Below, piece after piece: positions 13,960 through 27,412 of a stretch of DNA of 64,000 nt. The notes under the pieces were generated by a model. It made no database searches. It was not told where the DNA came from and saw only the letters and a program-made list of their open reading frames with translations. The stretch covers positions 46,066,001 to 46,130,000 of the forward strand of contig CAIIXF020000001.1 of assembly GCA_903813345.2 (NCBI GenBank), written 5' to 3'. The first letter of the stretch is position 1. Each line of letters opens with the position of its first letter. The stretch is from Owenia fusiformis. Taxonomy: Eukaryota. The position numbers and the translations under genes were made by a program.

Positions 13960-14780
13960 ACTAAGAAACAAACAATAAACGCATTCGCATTTTAAAGTAC
14001 AATCTTAGAGCATAACTAGGAAAACAAACCCCAATAAACCAAATTCTGATATTACGCATAGATAATAAAATGTCAAACATCCTAGATCTCTCACCATTGG
14101 GAATCAGTCTCACAAAAGGACATATTTGGCCACAATGAATCTTAGTATACATTTGGATTTTTTCTTTACAAAACAACTGAATGATTTTGCAAATCATCAA
14201 ATGAGATTTTTGAGACTGAAAATTCTTTAGACATTGACAACAAGTTACATTAATTTGTTACTAGATAATCGGAATACAACTAAATACAATTGAAACACAA
14301 TAAGAAAGATGATACATTCAAGTTTAGTCCATTCGTAATCAAAAACAATAGAGGCCTTAATACATCTCTCTGCATTTGGATCAGATTTAATTGCGTTAGA
14401 AATATCAAATTAATGCTTATTTTTCTCGAAATGGCGCTCGGGGGAAATATGAAGAGATACATGGAGGGCAGATGTAGCTTGCAACCACAATATCTTTATA
14501 TTATACCACATACTTAAACCCAACAGGATGGTGTTACCTTTACCTGATATCAATATCTTAGAAAAAAGTCGTTTTGTTATTGTTACGCAAGTTTTCATAT
14601 CCTCTAGACTGTAACAAGGGATTAACTTTAATGTACTTACATCCCGTATTGACAATTACATTTCTGTTTCTCCCATTGTGATTTCAGGAATTTTAGAAGA
14701 AATCTTTCCTATATCAAGACGTGTACACACGCAGAGAGTTTTGTTATGAACCATATCATCAAGGATGACTGTTACGTAAT
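13960..14780 (-). mobile_element. Highly decayed non-LTR retrotransposon (CR1/L2-group) RT and C-terminal fragment
   Basis: Across stops and frameshifts the minus strand gives DDMV (~14760), a KV.P-IL-G---W-like stretch (~14540-14505) and QICPFCETD...D..HFII (~14130-14060), in the order expected for RT followed by a C-terminal Cys/His knuckle. Confidence 0.35.
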
Positions 14781-16096
14781 CTACATTCAAACGAGCTTAA
14801 AATCCAGAAATAATCGACTCAATATATCTTAAAAATGCTGTGATCGCGTTCATTCACTTATCAAAATTCAAATGAGCTGTACTTACAATAAGGATCTAGA
14901 TATACATAGCCAAATTACTACCCATTGTATAATCTTCACACTTGAGCTTCAGCTTCAAGGATGAATACCCCGGGATGAATACATTGAATATATTTATCAA
15001 ATGAGGAGTCTATATAAATCTATCTATTTTAGAGATGTAATATCCCAACAGAGATTTACGACATTAGCTTAACAACGATAAAGAAACAATTATCTGGTCT
15101 TCACGTGTATCAGCTGATAATCACATTGACATATTGATTCTATTAAGACTTTTAAAGCACTTTGACAATTCGCTGTTCTTCTTATATGCATTTCACTTCG
15201 GTCAATGTTGTCTCCACAATTATGATACTTGATTCCAAATTTCTAAAATTAGATCAGTAAATATACGCTTGATTAGTCTGGATGCTTTTTAGCTAACTTT
15301 TATGTTCGCTTTAATTTAATACAAAAATATTAAAATAGAGACAGGAACTCAAGTCCTCTCCAGCCCGATCAAATATTATATATGAAATATTATAGTCTAA
15401 CTTAATTTCTATTAAGAAATTGATATCCATGGTAATCAACTATAAAACAAAGCTCTATAAACAATAGCAATAATGAAAAATTAATATGATTAAGAAATAC
15501 AAATGATACTTATAGGTGACGTAACGACATGAAGGATATGGCAAATGAAAAAGACGCAATGAATCCTAAGGGTAGAGAAGAAGGCGGGGTTTTCAACACT
15601 AATCGTTTATATAATGCATAAAAACAGACGCTCCCCTGGGATTGAAATCGTAGAGTAGAGGTGAACGCAGAGGGAATAAGGTAAACTCGCAAATATTATT
15701 TCAAACTGGCCTTTGCAGTATTTAGGGTGTTATATTTATCAAATCCGGGGATGCTTATATTTTTAGAAGGTATGTTATTTTATTTCACCGTGTTATAACT
15801 AATATCTTGGAATATAAACGGGCATGAATCCCAGAGTAACCTTGAATCACGATCTCACTTAAAAATGTAATGCTACAAACAGAATCAATTTATAATTATT
15901 CGCCGAAATTGCGTTTGGTACGGACGGTCAATGAATAGAGAGGTTAAGCTACACGTATAAATGCAAACCGTAAACCTGAACGCGTAAGTCCACGCTCAAG
16001 TACACGTTTAAGAAAATTTGCAGTTAAGCTACACGTCTGAAACCTTGTCAGTGGACGTGGAGCTATATTTATGTGGAGACTGTGTCTAAAGATCAT

Positions 16097-16178
16097 GTCT
16101 CTATGGTTTAATGGATAGCACTTCGGCAATCTAGCACTTCACGTAAGTCCGTTAGGCCTGGGTTCGAATCTAGTCGCA
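16097..16178 (+). pseudogene. Degenerate tRNA-like / SINE-head sequence with Pol III A and B boxes
   Basis: A box TGGTTTAATGG (16104-16114) and B box GGTTCGAATCT (16161-16171), followed by a T-rich tract. The cloverleaf is broken and contains an internal TAGCACTTC duplication. Confidence 0.5.
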
Positions 16179-16286
16179 ATAAAACATTTTGTTTTTTATT
16201 TTTGCTTTATTTCATATTCAACCACAATTAAAGGGTCTGGTGCACTTTCCATTATGGATTCCCCATGAACAAATTAAAATGAATCA

Positions 16287-17271
16287 TTTTTGGCTCACAC
16301 AGTGAGCCTATGGGATCGACCAGGCGTCCGTCCGTCCGTTGGTCCGTCCGTCTGTCTGTCCGTTGGTCCGTCCATCCGTCAAAATTGACCGCACAAATTA
16401 AAACTGCTATTCGGATTGAGTCATATCTACATTCATTTTATGCATATCCATAATGCCTATTTGACCTATCATCGCCATTTCCCAAGTTCGCCTGGTTTCC
16501 GAGAAATTGCGGATTTCGACGTCAAAAAGTCAAATTTTCTGTAAATACTAGACACTTTGTTGAAGTAGAACTTTCAAATAACGTTTAGCAGTTGCTGTAT
16601 ATGCAACTTATGTCCTCTGAAGATTTCAAAGCTCTTGGAATTACAGTTTTTGGTGTTTACTCTATAAAATTTGACAAAAAGTAGGACTTGTATCATTTTC
16701 AGGAAACTTTCTCATGTATAAAGTCAATGGCAGGTTTTGTGATTGACAAGTTTCTCAAAGTTTGCCTTATACTTGATCATTTCTTGCAATGAATTACATC
16801 ATTACTAGATTTAAGCATTCCCTACATATTGCTCAATATATGTCAGCATCAAATTTTTACCGTTTTTGAGATATTTGATGTCAAAAAACAGTAGAAATAA
16901 GTTATCTTTCAACTTGCTTCAATTTGACCTATTTTTTTGAAAATCATCTACAAGTTGCCAGGAGTTCGAATCTGACATTAGTTTTAGGATTTGACCTTTA
17001 CTTGACCTTCGAAAGGTCAAAAAAGTTGATTTTTCAAATTGATTTTTGTATGTAAATTTTGGTCAGCTTAATCACAAAAGACCTTACTGAGCTCTGAATT
17101 AGTAAGATGTTCAAGGTCAAAGGTCATCAAACTAGGTCACACAACTGTGCTATCTAAGTTTCTCAAAGTTCGAGACTACAAATCCAAATCAATATTTTTG
17201 TTTGAAAGTCAGGATATACATTCCTCTGAAGGTTCCGAACTGTGTGAGCACAGGACCGTGGGTCCTTCATT
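16287..17271 (+). mobile_element. Helentron-associated (HINE / pearl / DINE-1-like) non-autonomous element
   Basis: Starts in a T-run with hairpin GGCTCAC-ACA-GTGAGCC, followed by a (GTCC)n microsatellite at ~16326-16380. Subterminal inverted copy TGTGTGAGC at 17241-17249 and 3' stem-loop AGGACC-GTG-GGTCCT at 17252-17266. Confidence 0.7.
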
Positions 17272-20134
17272 AACTGTAACATTAAGAATACAATGTCACA
17301 TAATACTTTGGAATATATTTAAGCGTTTGGACCCACATTGGCTGAGGTTGAGGTCAACAAGTTCAGCAAGGGTAGATTAACTTGGCATTGGATGTGTTCT
17401 ATTGACCTAACATGTGGATACCATCAGATTCCGATGGAGGCTATTGGTTTCTATTGATCAGATGTGCAAATATAAAGTTTGCAATCGATTCAGGTCATAC
17501 TTCAAATTAAAAGATAATACATTTTTTCATCATTTTTTTCCTACAAAATGGCTATAGAAAAATGCTTCAAAAGCAACTTTTACACTTATGAAATCCCATA
17601 CAACTCTGTAAATACAAAAATTATACTGTTATGTTTCATTAATTAATAACATATTTGGATAAGATGTAGGGATGTGTAGGATGCAAATGGATTTTGACAG
17701 ACACAAAAAGACTTCATGGTTTGGCATCTCTACCCCTGTACATTTTATGATTGAATATTGGCCCTAATAAGTGCTGAATATAGGTCAACAAGATACTAGT
17801 GTACATATAAATGTAATAATAAAAGCAGTATATTTATTTTGAAAAATGAATTTATCTATGGAGGGCGCACTAAATCCTTTCTTGCCCTGGTTGTCATTTC
17901 ATTTCGTTTAGTATACATATTGTACTAAGCCCCGGGCATCAAATTGGTCTAGCCAATTTAAATTCTACGAAATGAACAAACGATCACATTTGAAGTTGTC
18001 ATTTACCCATTAAAATGTATTCTTATTTCCAATTAAGGATTGGGGTTTACCAAACAAACAAGTAAGATTGTCTGTATCAAATATGGGCTCCAGGGCCATC
18101 CTAGAACATAGCTAAAATCAATCACGTAATGAGGGACGTGTAATCACTCATCTACACGTAAAAACCTGTAACTTTCACGCTTACCTGTAGAAAGTAGACT
18201 AATCTGAAGTCATTTCCCTGCGCGCGCATAGAAGTACACGTCCATGCTTTGTTGAATACGCGTATGTAAATTGCACGAATATGATAATCTCATGTAAAAC
18301 CTGTAAACTTCACGCTGGCCTGCAGGAAATAATCAAATCTGACGTCATTTATCTGCGCGCGCATTGAAGTTCACGTTCAAGTTTTGTCAAATACGTGTAG
18401 CTTAACCTCTCTAGTAGTAAGGTACATGTACTGTTACCGGACACTGCAACCCATACATTACGTTCTTGACGCAACATCAATTGAATTCTTAATATGAAAA
18501 TAATCTTGAGAAAGTAACTAGAAAATGCAATATATAGATGCTTGACTAATGACTTAGAGTGATAGAGACTATTGTTGTTAAACAATGGTGAAGCCATGGA
18601 TTCATCAGAACCCTCTGGCCTGTAATGAATTAGCCATGTTATAGAGCTATGGGGTCAAACCTTTTGTCATATAACATGCCTCTCCTTAATGGAACTATTA
18701 AAAATCATATTTAACTCTCTTAATATGTTTCATCAAAAAATAACTACAGTAATTGTGACTTCTGTTTACTATGTGTAGTTTTGGCCATAGGGTACTGTTA
18801 ATTTTCTTGCGTTACCACAATTGTTGTCTTAAGCACAGCAGGAAACTGATAATTATGATCATCTATTGTGGCATCCATAGCGCTTACTCTTTCACTAAAC
18901 TTTAGTAAGAGAGAGAGTCTGGTGGATTCAGGGATTAGAATGAAGATCATCCTTCATTCCATATATTCAGTATTACTGGGATGAAAAACATAAGCTGACA
19001 GGAACGTTTATTTTTGAGACCTGATCCAATTCTTTGATGTAACATAAAAGACTTTTCTTTCCAGTGTCGTGTGCTGGTCGCATATTTCTCTCACCTAAAG
19101 CCACTTGGGAAGCAATTGTAAACCACTCTGGCTCAAGTCGAACACAAATCCACAAAGGACATAATCTATCGATAAATGACCACTCATCTCAAGTGGCCTA
19201 AACTTCACAGTTCTTTCATTCCAACAACCTCTAAATGCCCCGTTAAAAGCCCTCGACATAGCATGTTGTTCATGTTATATACAAGATCAAGTGTTTCTTA
19301 AGCCGGTTTCAGACAACTTTTAAAAACAAAAATAAAACTTAACAATATGCTTTTATTTTCTCTAGACAACTTTTCACAACTTTTTCATAAATAGCTCTAA
19401 TGTTTTGCGTAATGGGGATTCTGGGGTGTTAACTCTAACACCTTTACAGTAAGAAATCAATTAATAAAAACAACATCAGAACCAATACAGGTGGACATAT
19501 AGGAATTTAATTTCTAGATTTACGTCGGACTTAATTCCATCTCATTGAGTTGTTTCGAATTGAAATTTGTCTTATTCTCATGGGATATTTATTTTGGACG
19601 ACCATAATACTTTCTTCACGTTTAAATTTTAATTTTACTTATTTGATATCAATGTATAATATTAATTAAACACCTTTTAGAAATCCGTTACAATACTCCT
19701 CAAAATAATAAACTATTACACTCTTGGCAGGGTAAATACAATCCAGTTAATACTCAGCTATATAAATATTGCTTATAGGGGATTCTTTGCGAATTTCATA
19801 ATAAAGCCCGACGCACATTATCAATTCAGCGTCACCATTAGAAGAATCTTTAGCCATCATATTTGTTTCTTAAACATTTACCTTTGGCTTGTTATCTTTA
19901 TTTGTTGGGTGTTATTTTTTATTTTCCTAGTAACTTCCTCATGCATTAACTGTGTATTCGGCTTTGGGAAAGTTTTGTTATTCACTCATTATTCAAAACA
20001 GTCGTATTTTCTATCCAAGAAACATTCAAATATTCTGCCATTAAGCATTTACTTGATTATTGTTCCAATAAACACATGCAATTCCAAATTTTTAATTTTT
20101 CTATTTTTGATACTCATTACTCATTTGTTTCATT

Positions 20135-20730
20135 CTACAATCTTATTAGTTACATTCTCATTGGCTACATTCTTATTAGCTACACTATCATTTACTTGCT
20201 ACATTTTCATTAACTGCATTCTTATTAGCTACATTCCCATAAGCTGCATTCTCACTATCTTCATTCTAATTTGTTACATTCTTACATATATTCTTATTAG
20301 CTACATTCTCATTTTATTAGCTACTTTCTTTACCCTTTGCATTCGTTTGACTTCACTTCTTAAAAGAGAGCTTCGTCTTCTTTGTAGTTTAACTAGACTC
20401 TGCACGCAGGGTATACTTTCTTATCAGCTACACTCCCATTAGCTACATTTTCATTAGCTACATTCTTATTAGCTACATTCTCATTAGTTGCATTCTTATT
20501 AGCGACATCCTTATTAGCTACATTCTTATTAGCTACATTCTCATTAGCTGCATTCTCATTAGCTGCATTCTCATTAGCTGCATTTTTATTAGCTACATCT
20601 TCATTAGCTACATTCTTATTGGCTACATGCATTCTCATTAGCTACATTCTTAGCTACATTCTTATTAGCTGCATTCCTATTAGCTTCATTCTCATTAGCT
20701 ATATTCTCATTAGGTGCATTCTTATTACCT
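20135..20730. repeat. 15-bp minisatellite (ATTAGCTACATTCTY)n, interrupted at ~20330-20420
   Basis: Tandem 15-mers; they explain the spurious NENVA/NKNVA ORF at 20393-20638. Confidence 0.9.
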
Positions 20731-23700
20731 ATATGATTGTCATAATTCTTTGATATGAGCTCTTCTGATTGGGGGAATACAACTGTCATTAAGTGTGATG
20801 GACTTAGTATTCATGAATTATAAAATACTGTACGAGAATAAAAAGTATTATTTTGCTGGTATTATGATCCCTATTAAGATGATGCGTAGCCTAAGATGGA
20901 GGACGAAAGATCTCTAGAATCTGAGATTTCTTAGATCACAAGACCATCCCGACATCTCTCGACCGTGTCTGAGAATATATCAAATGCGATCGTTTATAAT
21001 GATGCAATTTTGTTGGTGTATTGTATGTAAAATGAGTTCATGTTGATGAAGCCAATCAATGACACACATGTTTCATACCTTATATGGCACTAATCTCTAA
21101 TGAGCTTTGAATGAGCGGTGAATACATCCACGTGTGGTGTCTAAGTCCAATGAGCTAATCAAAATCGAATTTTTTTAAATAATCGACGCAAATGAATATC
21201 CTCTAAATATCGTTGGAATCTTAACACGATCCCAAGACAATGTGAGCATACAATTATTTCAACACCAAGCAAATATCGGAAATATTTTATAATTACCTCA
21301 CAGAGAACACTAATAGAGTATAATTGAACAGCAAAAAAACGAAACAGAAATGACAATATTTCCGCTGAGGTGTATCATATCATATGACTTCAAATTGGTA
21401 TTATTATTACCCAGGAGGGGAACACCCTTTTGATTATTGACTAGTATACTGAGATCTGCATACTTAGTATACATATGCAGTGATTTTGTAGTTATCTCAA
21501 ATAAAAATGCACAAACGGCGACATTGGAAAATATAAAGAGCTCTGTAACTACGTTCAAGTACTTAAGGTTTCACATATCGGAAAAACAAATCAATGTTAA
21601 TTGTTGTTTCATTTCAATCAGCTCGCATTGAGATAGATTGCATTTAGACATTACTTTTTGAAACTATACAATCTGACGCACAGCGCCAAGAAATACTTTT
21701 ATTAAAGGAGAACCCTTACTTTAAATGAGCCTTTTTGTTGGGGCTTTGATTTAAAATCGAGTCGTCCAACATGGAAACATCGCGAAAAGGGATAATACTT
21801 TCGTGATATGAAATAAATAATGTATAAAGTATGAGATATTTTTCAAATTTCTGTTTTATTACATGGGCATATTAACACTACTGAGGAACATAGAAAAATG
21901 TTAACTGGCGAATGGCCAGTGTAGGTCACATCCAAACTAGCTTGGGGCAATGTGAATCATATTGTAGCAAGCTAACTTTCCTCATCTCGTTTACGATGTG
22001 AATCTATCTTCTCTCATCTTTGTTCGTGTTTTCTTAGCTCCACCTTTCAAAGGTACCACCTTGGAAGGTTAGAACCATTATTTTTGTTTGTGATGTGAAC
22101 TTTCACTTGTTAAGTTATGCAGTGTTAGTCATGTTGGGCCGCGATGTATGGTAACAATCAGCGCTGATTGATGATCTGGAGAGAACGTCAACTGTCTCCG
22201 CCATACCACATAATGATACCCTTCTGGGTTTTCAATCTAGTCTCTTTCCTTAAGGATCCCTTCTTTGGATCACATAACTACTAAATCATTCCTTAAGTTT
22301 GGGCAGGCTGAACTTGGGCCATTGTTTTAACTTCATCTGTATTGCCCTATGGAGCTGGGCGGGACTGAGGGCATATTTAAGACCAACTAAAGTGTTAAGA
22401 CCATCATTATATAGACTTGAGATGTTGAACCTCGGGTAATTACTTATTTCGACTCATTTATCCCTATCTATTTTCACCTGTCGAGTTAATAATATATTTT
22501 CAATGTTTTAAAGTAGTAAGGTTACTGCCGGAGTTGGTCATTTGGATGATGATTAACATTTTAAAAAAACACAACTTCCTGTAGCACGTTTTTATCTGCT
22601 ATGACATCTTAACTCGTAGTTTTGATCATGAATGTATAATGATCAAAATAGTCAACATTTTATAAACATTATTGTATTAATGAATCACGTCAAAGTAAAG
22701 AGTAATTCTGCATGGACATTTTATTATCATGATTGCATACAATGTGCAATCATCAGTTGTCATTCATTTCCACCGTTTAGGAATTTAATTGATGAAGTGC
22801 AATACAATTTATTAGATTTTATGTAAGCAATGCAAGATCAATGTTAAATGAATTGATTACGAAATTAATTATCATTATTGATTAAATATTTGCAGTTAAA
22901 ATTGTCAAAACCAATTCTGATCAAATATTTATGAAAGATACAAAATAGTATTACATCGATTGTTTTCGTCCATAGTTCTGTCAAATATGTAAAACATAGT
23001 ACTAAGTTGTAATTTTTATGTTTGCAGTCTCTGAGAAATGAAGATCCAATACAAAATATGTTTCCCTCTGTGTTACCCTTGCCAATGTTCCCTTACCTAG
23101 AATGATCCTGTTTAAGATAAGAGGTTGGAAAAAAAAGAAAAATTAGAGATCTACAAAAAATATTCTTTATATTAGGCCTGGTAACTTATTGTTTTTAATT
23201 AAAAATGCATTGTTTACAAAGAAAATAAAGCTTTAGAACTGCGACTTCATCTTCATGTTAAATTAATAATTAATTGCCCAAAATTGAAGAAGAAAACATT
23301 GATGAACTACTTCGCGATCTATTTCATGAACTTAATGTCATTCTTGTAAAACGTGAGTTTACAAATAATATTGAAACAATAGAAATTGAAAGACATCTAG
23401 CTTTCCTGTCATCGTAAGAATCAAATACCAAAAAAAGAAAATCATGGATACATACAATATACATGTATGTGAAATTCAAAATTAAAGGTACACATGACAG
23501 AATCTAGAAACAACAATCACATAGTATATGTCTCGTATAATAAATATTTTTAGATCCCAAAAAGTCAAAATTACGCGAAAGTGTTTCAATTAGTATCTTC
23601 ACAAATGTTCACAAATTATTCCCAAACTAATGAAAATGAAAAAAACAAGTTCTGTTGCTAGAGCCATAATATCAAACTGTTGTAAAGAAGAACATTTAAA

Positions 23701-26700
23701 GTATACATTTCACAAATTATTCCTGAAGCAATGTAAAATGTAAAAAACACTAGTTCATTTACACCATACAGTGAAACACTTTTTGCTAATTTTACATAAT
23801 GGTAAATATCCCCAAAACTTTTAGTCACTGTAACTTGCAACAGATAACTTATTTAGCTCTTGGCCTCGACAAAACAAATCTTATGAAAAAGTAAAAATTG
23901 CATTTTCTGTATAAAAACTTCAATAAATTTCTCAACATTTGGAAATTCAGATGGGCAATTTTGATTTATGTTACACGATGGAGTGTTAGGGAATCCTTTC
24001 CGTTGGTTGATTCACTGGAACAGTCCACTAAGCATTACGTCCAATTGACTGCCCCTTTTCCTTGGGGTCAAATCCTGGAAATTCGATATCACAAAAAAAC
24101 AATAGATATTGCCAGAAAAAAGATTATTGGCTTTAATGGAATAAAATAATGTTAAAGTTAATTAGTAGGGGTATGATATGCTTACTGTTTGCCAGGCTGA
24201 GCTTGGATCCAGTGAAGAGATAAAAGATGACATCCTCGGGCTGTGACTTGGGTTGCTTGCAATCTACTCAGATGTTTCCGCCGTCTACAATGGCTGCAGG
24301 TAAATAACTCCCTAATATTTCTGCCTCAGTATATATCTTTTTTCTATTATTTTCGGATCGTTTAAGTTAAAGTGTTGCTAGAAAGAAGAGATTGGACGAT
24401 TCTCGCCGATGGATAATTCCATTCAGTGCGTTCATTAGTAGCGGCATTCTATTTCATCGTAACTCTAGGCGGACGCTGATTGGCCAATTGTGTTAGTAAA
24501 ATTACAATAGGGAGGCGCAACCTCTGATTTCCTACACTAACTTATTGATGAATGCAATACATATGAATAAAGTTATTTTGAGATTGGATACTAAATAGTT
24601 TAATTATTAAAATTATTTGAGGTGCATTGTCATCATTTGATTGTTAATAAGCAGTGTGTCACTGACAGTAGACGCTGGTAAACTTCAACGCACAAGTGCA
24701 ATAGCTACTACAGGCCTCAAAACAGAAACATTCAATGCACTTCTGTATTCATCAGGTGACGCTATAGGCGATCAACCTGAAAATTTATTTGAGACGGAGA
24801 GGTCTTTTTTGAAAAGATGACACCAAAATGGTAAAGTAAGGATGCAAAGATCTGTTTCATTAACTTGTACATTAGCCGGTTGGTGGACCCGTTAGGCGAA
24901 TCTTTAGAGGTGACGATTAGAACGGGACAATCACTGATCGTATGCGTCCATTCCAGAACGTTACCCCTGTACAAATATTACAGTTACACGTCTATAGGTC
25001 TCTTTAGCCCCCTATACACTGTTTGGCCTACATTGTCCCCAAATGAGATTAAATATTTCCGGACGAATACTTCTTTCTTTCAAAGGGTTCCCTCCCCATC
25101 TGCACGATAAATAGTCTATTAAACGCATGTTTTTCTGCCGGATTACGGCACTCTATCCAATACTCTATCTTACAAGATAGAATAAGCTGCAAATTGAACA
25201 CCTTACGGCTTTTGAGTATAAAAGTACACAATTCTAAAATTAATCGAAAGTTGAGTTGCTTTGATTTCTGTATTTTTCCTAAGGTTGGGAACTGGTCAAT
25301 CTGCTTTTCGAAGCCTTCAATATGTTTCAGTCTGGACATCGACGTGAGATGTAGAATTATGTCCTCCGGTATGAATATTAAGACTAATAATTGATATCAT
25401 TGTTTCCTAATAGGCGAGCTAAAATAGTTTACCCAACCTAATGTTCCGCGAGACGTCGGTCAACCTTCACTAACGCGATCAAAATCCCCACAGCTTCTGG
25501 GACATGAATGTAGTTGATCGATTAGACGCTAAATAAATGAAAGAATGAAATATTTAGAAATGGTCAGATATTTTGTATTTAAAGCATGCCTTGTCATAAA
25601 ACTTGAATTGTATGGGAAAATAGTGTTTAGAGGAACATATTGAGAATTGGGGCTCGGGGCAGGGTCCCCTTTCGATCCTCTGCACAGTTGGTAACCATTC
25701 TGTGGCCTGCTATTTAACAAATGCTAATTACAAGCCTTGCTTCACAATTACAGGCTTCATTAGTTCAAAAAGACATTGTGTTTATAATGGGACAAGCGAT
25801 CTAAAACTAAAACCCAAAATATTTGATGTTTTTGTCACATATGTATATACGAGTACTACGGTATTTCACACATCTACTTTTGTAACTCTAGTTTTTTGAA
25901 TTATTTTTTGTTTCGTACGATATAGTTGTCAATGATCTTATCCAAAGCAGTAACGTATACGTCACATTAGTGTGTTTAAAAAACTCGTCAAAACTATTTA
26001 CAAATTATGTTTGCCTTTTCAACCTAATAGTGTTTAAAAGAAATAGTTCTAACACCCGATATAAAATTTAGGAGTATTGGATTTCGAATGGCTTCTTATC
26101 TTACCGTTTGATGTACAATCAGACGGGTGATACCAGAATCAATCCTCGGGCTGTCTCGTGCGAAAAAGAATTAAGGGCAATGCATGAACTCCAAGGGCAG
26201 AGGTAGACAAACTTACCCAAAAACTAAAAACTTATATTTGTAATGATGAGTAAATTCATGAATGGTGTTGGAAAATTGTGAGATTTGGATATGTGTGATG
26301 GGATACGAGGTAGTTGGAGGTTGCATCAATTCATGTTTTAAGACATTTGGAATGTCAAACATTTAAAACACAAAACAATTTGATTGTGAATGTCTTGGTC
26401 CTATCATGGCCAACGCCCAAAAGCCGCATATTGAATATCCAAGGTATGTGTTATCATCATGGATCGAAAAACAAACTTGTAAGAAAGAATGGAAAGCCGT
26501 GATTCAAACGTGGCATTGTTCCCAGTGAATTAAAAATATAAATCAATTAAAGCAGTGCATTGTGTAATGGAGAACAGCATCAAGGTACTAGTATTTCATT
26601 GAACTGAAAAAATGCATGCATCGATAAAATCAGAATGGGTAAGTCTAAAAGTGCTTGCGGGTTTTACTGAGTTGAGATATCCTAGTGCGATTCAATACTT

Positions 26701-27299
26701 AATTGGTAACGCAATGTTGTCTAAAACTCTAAACTATCGATCAGATTCTTCAGAAAAACTTCAACAATTGACACAACCAGGAAAACAATACCTACTCGAT
26801 TTACTCAAACAACAATAGAGAAATCTCTACACTGTTTCTTAGTATTAAAAAAGCAATATAATTCGATTTTTGATAAGTTTAAGCGAAACAATAGATTAGG
26901 ATGTCAAATTCTCATATGTAAGTAGAAAAGGTAATCCCTCAGATTTCAGATTTCTATTGACCGGGAAATATCTCATTCCTTAAACAAACTAAAGTCAACA
27001 GCCTGGAGAAAGCAAAACAAGTACGAACAAAGCAAGCCAGACATACTGTTTGTTTTTTACCAGCGATATATGCTTCTTGTGTTTGGCCGTTCTGAAATTG
27101 GTAAATATGTTCTTTAATGCAACTTGAGTTACATCAACTTACTTATAATGTCACGATTCATATCCTGCGATGCCCTGAGGCAAGACCAGGTCTTCTTCTG
27201 AATTGATGACGTAGACCTCATTTTTCTCCATTTCGGTTATGTCTCCTTCGGCAATATTGATTTTAAGATAGAATACTTATTATCAAGTTATTTTGGATA

Positions 27300-27412
27300 T
27301 TGTTGTGTAATGTAGTGTAGGGTAGTGTAGTGTAGTATTTTGTAGTGCAGTACATTGCAGCACAGTTCAGTGTTATGCAATAAAATGTAGTGGAGTGGAG
27401 TGGAGTGGAGCG
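27300..27412. repeat. (GTAGT)n/(GGAGT)n pentanucleotide microsatellite
   Basis: Repeated GTAGT units followed by GGAGT units. Confidence 0.75.

Larger units (their letters stand above)
15936..18413. mobile_element. Non-autonomous TIR DNA transposon (~2.5 kb) with TAG..CTA ends (Academ-like, or TA-TSD type)
   Basis: Perfect 23-bp terminal inverted repeat (TIR) TAGAGAGGTTAAGCTACACGTAT (15936-15958) / ATACGTGTAGCTTAACCTCTCTA (18391-18413). Subterminal direct repeats at ~18158-18263 and ~18294-18398. No clear TSD other than a possible TA. Confidence 0.6.

Noticed and set aside
16097..16178. Functional tRNA gene
   Set aside because: Acceptor, anticodon and T stems do not pair properly; kept only as a tRNA-like relic.
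19909..20638. 177-aa hydrophobic ORF and 81-aa NENVA-repeat ORF
   Set aside because: Both are read-throughs of the 15-bp minisatellite.
24196..24299. Exon-like segment (CCAG|...CAG|GTAAAT) with an in-frame TGA, considered as a selenoprotein exon
   Set aside because: All three frames contain stops, and there is no recognisable family, partner exon or SECIS element.
24760..25350. Possible decayed Penelope-like RT (LILELCTFILK..)
   Set aside because: Similarity too weak to support without a search.
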